Source: Balanoglossus misakiensis | Lineage: Eukaryota > Animalia > Hemichordata | Assembly: GCA_040954595.2 (NCBI GenBank) | Contig: JBECUI020000047.1 | Location: 1-64,000 of the forward strand | DNA: 64,000 bases | Direction of reading: 5' to 3' | Part shown: piece after piece, positions 60,483-64,000 of the stretch | Layout: the number at the start of each line of letters is the position of its first letter | How positions within the stretch are numbered: the first letter of the stretch is position 1 | The notes under the pieces: generated by a model | What the model was told of the DNA's origin: nothing | Seen by the model: the letters and a program-made list of their open reading frames with translations, nothing else | Database searches by the model: none | Position numbers and translations under genes: made by a program

Positions 60483-60680
60483 CTCCTGGCACCCCCCCCC
60501 ACTCCTGGCAGCCTCCAAGGCCCCCACTCCTGGCAGCCCCCAAGGCCCCCCACTCCTGGCAGCCCCCCCCCAGGCCCCCTCTCCCGGCAGCCCCCCACTC
60601 CTGGCGGGCCCTGGGAGGCTTCCTGAAAAAGATCAATATGTCCCACCTCATCCCACAGACCGGATCACCCCACTCCAAAC
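60483..60680. repeat. C-rich repeat block, left part removed at the IS boundary
   Basis: CCCCACTCCTGGCAG units start directly at the IS end. Confidence 0.75.
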
Positions 60681-60799
60681 CAATAAAACAGAAAATAATC
60701 TTAAAAAACTTGGTTATTCCTCTAAAACGTAATAAGCTTTTATACCGTAGTGTCCTTATAGCTTCTTAATCAAAAAGTCTTCTGCTTATAAGAAAAGAC

Positions 60800-60857
60800 T
60801 TGACAAAAAGTGTCACTACGAATAGGATAGACCAAACAAAACCAAATTTTTAAGGAG
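60800..60857 (+). promoter_or_regulatory. sigma70-type promoter plus RBS
   Basis: TTGACA 60800-60805, 17 bp, TAGGAT 60823-60828. Confidence 0.7.
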
Positions 60858-60866
60858 ATCCAGCAT

Positions 60867-63499
60867 ATGAATTCATTTATCAACTCACTCACTCACTCAC
60901 TCACTCACTCACTCACTCACTCACTCACGCGTTAGGACATCATAGGAATACCCTAGGGAATACCCTAGGGAATACCCTAGCTAAAGCTAAAAAACCTCTT
61001 CTTTTTCCCCTTGCCTTTCTTCTTGTTGTATTTGCCTTGTTATTTTCTTGTGATGGTTCTGGTACCACGACCGCTCCACAGGAAGAGGCACCACCAGCCA
61101 TTGATGTCCAGACAATCGCCAAGGATGAAACCGAGCAAGGACTCGGTTCTCTGAAGCTCACCTGGGTTGCTGTCCAGGGAAAGAATGCCGAGGGAAACTT
61201 GATTGATAGTACCTACTTGGTAGAGTATCGCCTTTCTACAGAGAGCAATTGGACAAAGTTGGAAGCCGTAGCTCAGCCCACCATTACACTCACTGGCTTG
61301 GAGGCAGGAAGGGAGTATTCTATTCGCATACAAGCCATCAGCACCTTTGATGCCAGCATGGTCAGTGACTGGACAGAAGCAGGGCCCTTTACTGTGAATG
61401 GAATTCGGCCCTTAGAAATCCATGATACTAGTGGAGCCATCAGCGAACTGACTCTTGCAATCGGAGAGACCCGGACGCTGAGTGTCCCGGGAAGCCTCTG
61501 GGTCAACGTAGAGGATACCTCAGTAAGCTGGATAAGTAGTGATAACACCATTGTAGAAGTAACAGATGGCATGGTTGAGGCAATAACAGAGGGAAGTGCC
61601 ACAATAACGGCAACATCAGGAGCAGACCCGACCAATGCGGCATCGATAACGGTGAATGTTCCAAGTTTAAGCAATGTGGTTCTGTATGATGAGGATAGCC
61701 TTACTATTCCCTATGGAGAAAGCGGTTCGCTTCTTCCTGCACCGAGTCATCTACCATCAGCAGGATTGTCGTTAACCTACACAAGTTCGGGCACTGTCTC
61801 GGGCCTTACCGTGGGAACCGATGGAACCATAACTATTGATAACACGACCCCAGCAGGAACCTATACCCTGGACATAACAGCAAGTGCGGATGGCTACACG
61901 AGTACGGCAAGGCATGAGATAGCCATAACGGTCAGTCAGAAGGCAACAGAAGAGTATCTGGTCTATGCGGAAGGAGATTTTACCAGAGGAGTAAGCTATG
62001 CACCAGCTACAGCTGCCCCACAGGGAGCTGGATTGGGTTATGCCATGAATCCAACTCCGACTGGATGGAGCATTGACGCAACAAGTGGGACCATCTCTAT
62101 AGCTTCAGATGCACCAGCTGGGGTAGAACAAACGGTTACTGTAACGGCAAGTCCAATCAATACTAACTATGCCGCTGGCAGTGTTGAGTTGACTAAGTCT
62201 GTTGTCGTCTCGACGTCCTTTATAACACGATGGGAAACAACAGCAGCCAATCAAAGCGTGGAGATTCCCGTGGGAAGCAGTACAGCAAGCTATGATATAG
62301 ACTGGGGCGATGGAACGGTAGAAACACTTTCTGCCACAGCAAGTCATGTCTATGCAGAAGCAGGAGAATACACAGTTGCAATAAGTAATAGTTTCCAGCA
62401 GATACGATTGCTAGATACAACAGAAGAAATAGCAGCACGCCTTAAGTCTATTGATCAGTGGGGCACGGCAAGCTGGGTTAGCATGGAGTCGGCATTTGCC
62501 AATGCCAGCAACATGACGATGGCAGCAACCGACGTTCCTGATCTCTCAGGAGTAGCCGATATGAGTGCCATGTTTGCCTCGTACAGTGGGGCAAGTGCCT
62601 TCAATGGAGATATCGATAGCTGGGACACGTCAAATGTAACTAATATGACTGACATGTTCTATGGGGCAGTTAACTTTAATCGGGACTTAAACAACTGGGA
62701 GACCTCCAAAGTAACGACTATGGTTCGCATGTTCTCTGGGGCAGCTAACTTTAATCGGGACTTAAACAACTGGGACACCTCCAAAGTAACGACTATGGGT
62801 CGCATGTTTTTCGGCGCAACCGCCTTCAATGGAGATATCAGTGGCTGGGACACGTCAAATGTAACCAATATGGGAGGTATGTTCCGGCGTGCAGGCTCCT
62901 TCAATGCAGATATCAGTAACTGGAAGGTTGGCGCGGTAACAGATATGGGAGGGATGTTCGAATTGGCAGTTGCTTTTAATAGGGATATCGGTGACTGGGA
63001 TACGTCAAGTGTAACAGATATGAGAGAGATGTTCTTTTCCGCAGCTGCTTTTAATTGGGATATCGGTCGTTGGGTTACGTCAAATGTAACCGATATGGGA
63101 AATATGTTCCACAGGGCAAGTGCCTTTAATGCAGATATCAGTAACTGGAACATCACCAAGGTAACCAATATGACTGACATGTTCGTTTATGCAACGAGAT
63201 TCGCTCAAAACCTCGGCCCATGGTATATTACCTTACCGCAGACCACCATCTCGGTAGCCACGCCATTAACCATTGCAGCACAGAATAGCTTCCTTGCAGG
63301 ACAGCTGGAAAATCCACAGTACAGTCTGCCGACCGATGCCACGACCGACAACGATAAGTTCAGCATTACCAACGGAACAACCTTGAATGTCAATAATGGT
63401 ACTGATCCCGGCGACTATACCATAAGCATACAAACAACAAGTGCCGATTTTAGCACACCACAGAGTCCGATTGTGCAGTTTATGATAACGGTACAGTAG
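60867..63499 (+). CDS. SSR-class phase-variable lipoprotein P (9 DUF285 repeats); intact apart from SSR phase
   Basis: Single ORF 61037..63499 downstream of the SSR; the leader has three in-frame copies of GGAATACCCTAG (60945-60980). Confidence 0.9.
60883..60926 (+). repeat. (ACTC)11 SSR, OFF
   Basis: 44 nt after ATG 60867. Confidence 0.95.
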
Positions 63500-63508
63500 C
63501 CATTTCCG

Positions 63509-64000
63509 AACAACAGCGGTGCCTTAGAGTTCCGCTGTTGTTTTGACTATAGTTTTACCCCCTCCACAGCCCCCCCATTGTGGTATCAATAACTCCTGCG
63601 TAATCTATCTGATTTGATTGAAACTTTCCCTTTGGCATTATCTTTTTAAGGCTCTTGGGCTGATAGGGGACTCTGCCTCGGGTTACCAAGATGTGGCCGC
63701 TCTGCTTGCCTATAGCCAAAGCAGCCAAACGGACAGCTATACCACCGGGATTGTCTCTGGGGGGTAGTTTACAAGGTACCATAACCAACAGCTACCGCTA
63801 CGACAAGCAGATCATCCCCTGACAACTTCACCCCCAAGACCTCTGGCAGCGCCGTAGTTCTGAAGCAACTCACCCCCAACCCGGTACACCTCCACCGAAA
63901 CTGGCAATCCAGGCTGGACCGCCGATAACTGGATCATCGCTGGCCCGGTAAACGCCCCCCGGCCAGCCCGACATCAATAACCTCCCCCTGGCAAGCCCCC
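63509..64000 (+). repeat. Start of another intergenic cassette (terminator 63509-63544, GLUG-like remnant, start of C-rich block); the array probably continues
   Basis: Colinear with 2284..2780 up to the window end. Confidence 0.8.

Noticed and set aside
31360-63200. Diversity-generating retroelement as the source of head variation
   Set aside because: No reverse transcriptase and no non-coding template repeat are visible; variation includes indels and shared blocks typical of recombination. A remote DGR cannot be fully excluded without a genome-wide search.
1-64000. Site-specific inversion (shufflon) or integron cassette system
   Set aside because: All genes are co-oriented, each has its own promoter, and no recombinase/integrase or attC-like sites were recognised.

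Overview
Almost the whole 64 kb window is one co-directional (+ strand) tandem array of about 16 paralogous large surface-lipoprotein genes from a bacterium. The LFSC/VISC/LTAC-type lipoboxes suggest a spirochaete, which is an inference. Typical architecture: signal peptide + lipobox Cys, FN3 and Big_2/Ig-like stalk, PKD-like domain, 3-14 DUF285/BspA-like 25-aa repeats (FNxDIxxWDTSxVTxMxxMFxxA) and a cadherin/Ig-like tail. One member carries a GLUG-type head instead. Eight genes are preceded by a conserved ~0.85-1.1 kb cassette: terminator, decayed GLUG-like remnant, copy-number-variable C-rich/G-rich repeat block, sigma70 promoter overlapped by palindromes, RBS, then ATG AAT TCA TTT ATC A(ACTC)n. 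The (ACTC)n tract acts as a translational frameshift switch. It is in frame with the signal peptide only when n is a multiple of 3, and both other frames hit TAG within 6 codons. All seven pure tracts (n=17,13,11,14,13,16,11) are OFF. One copy has a degenerate 3-unit tract locked in frame. The DUF285 heads vary mainly at a few positions per repeat and are mosaics of each other, while the stalks are nearly identical. Together this looks like a phase- and antigen-variable surface receptor/adhesin repertoire. Also present: a decayed IS256-family element, an IS256 end remnant, a hisI pseudogene, and many 1-nt indels that may be long-read artefacts.
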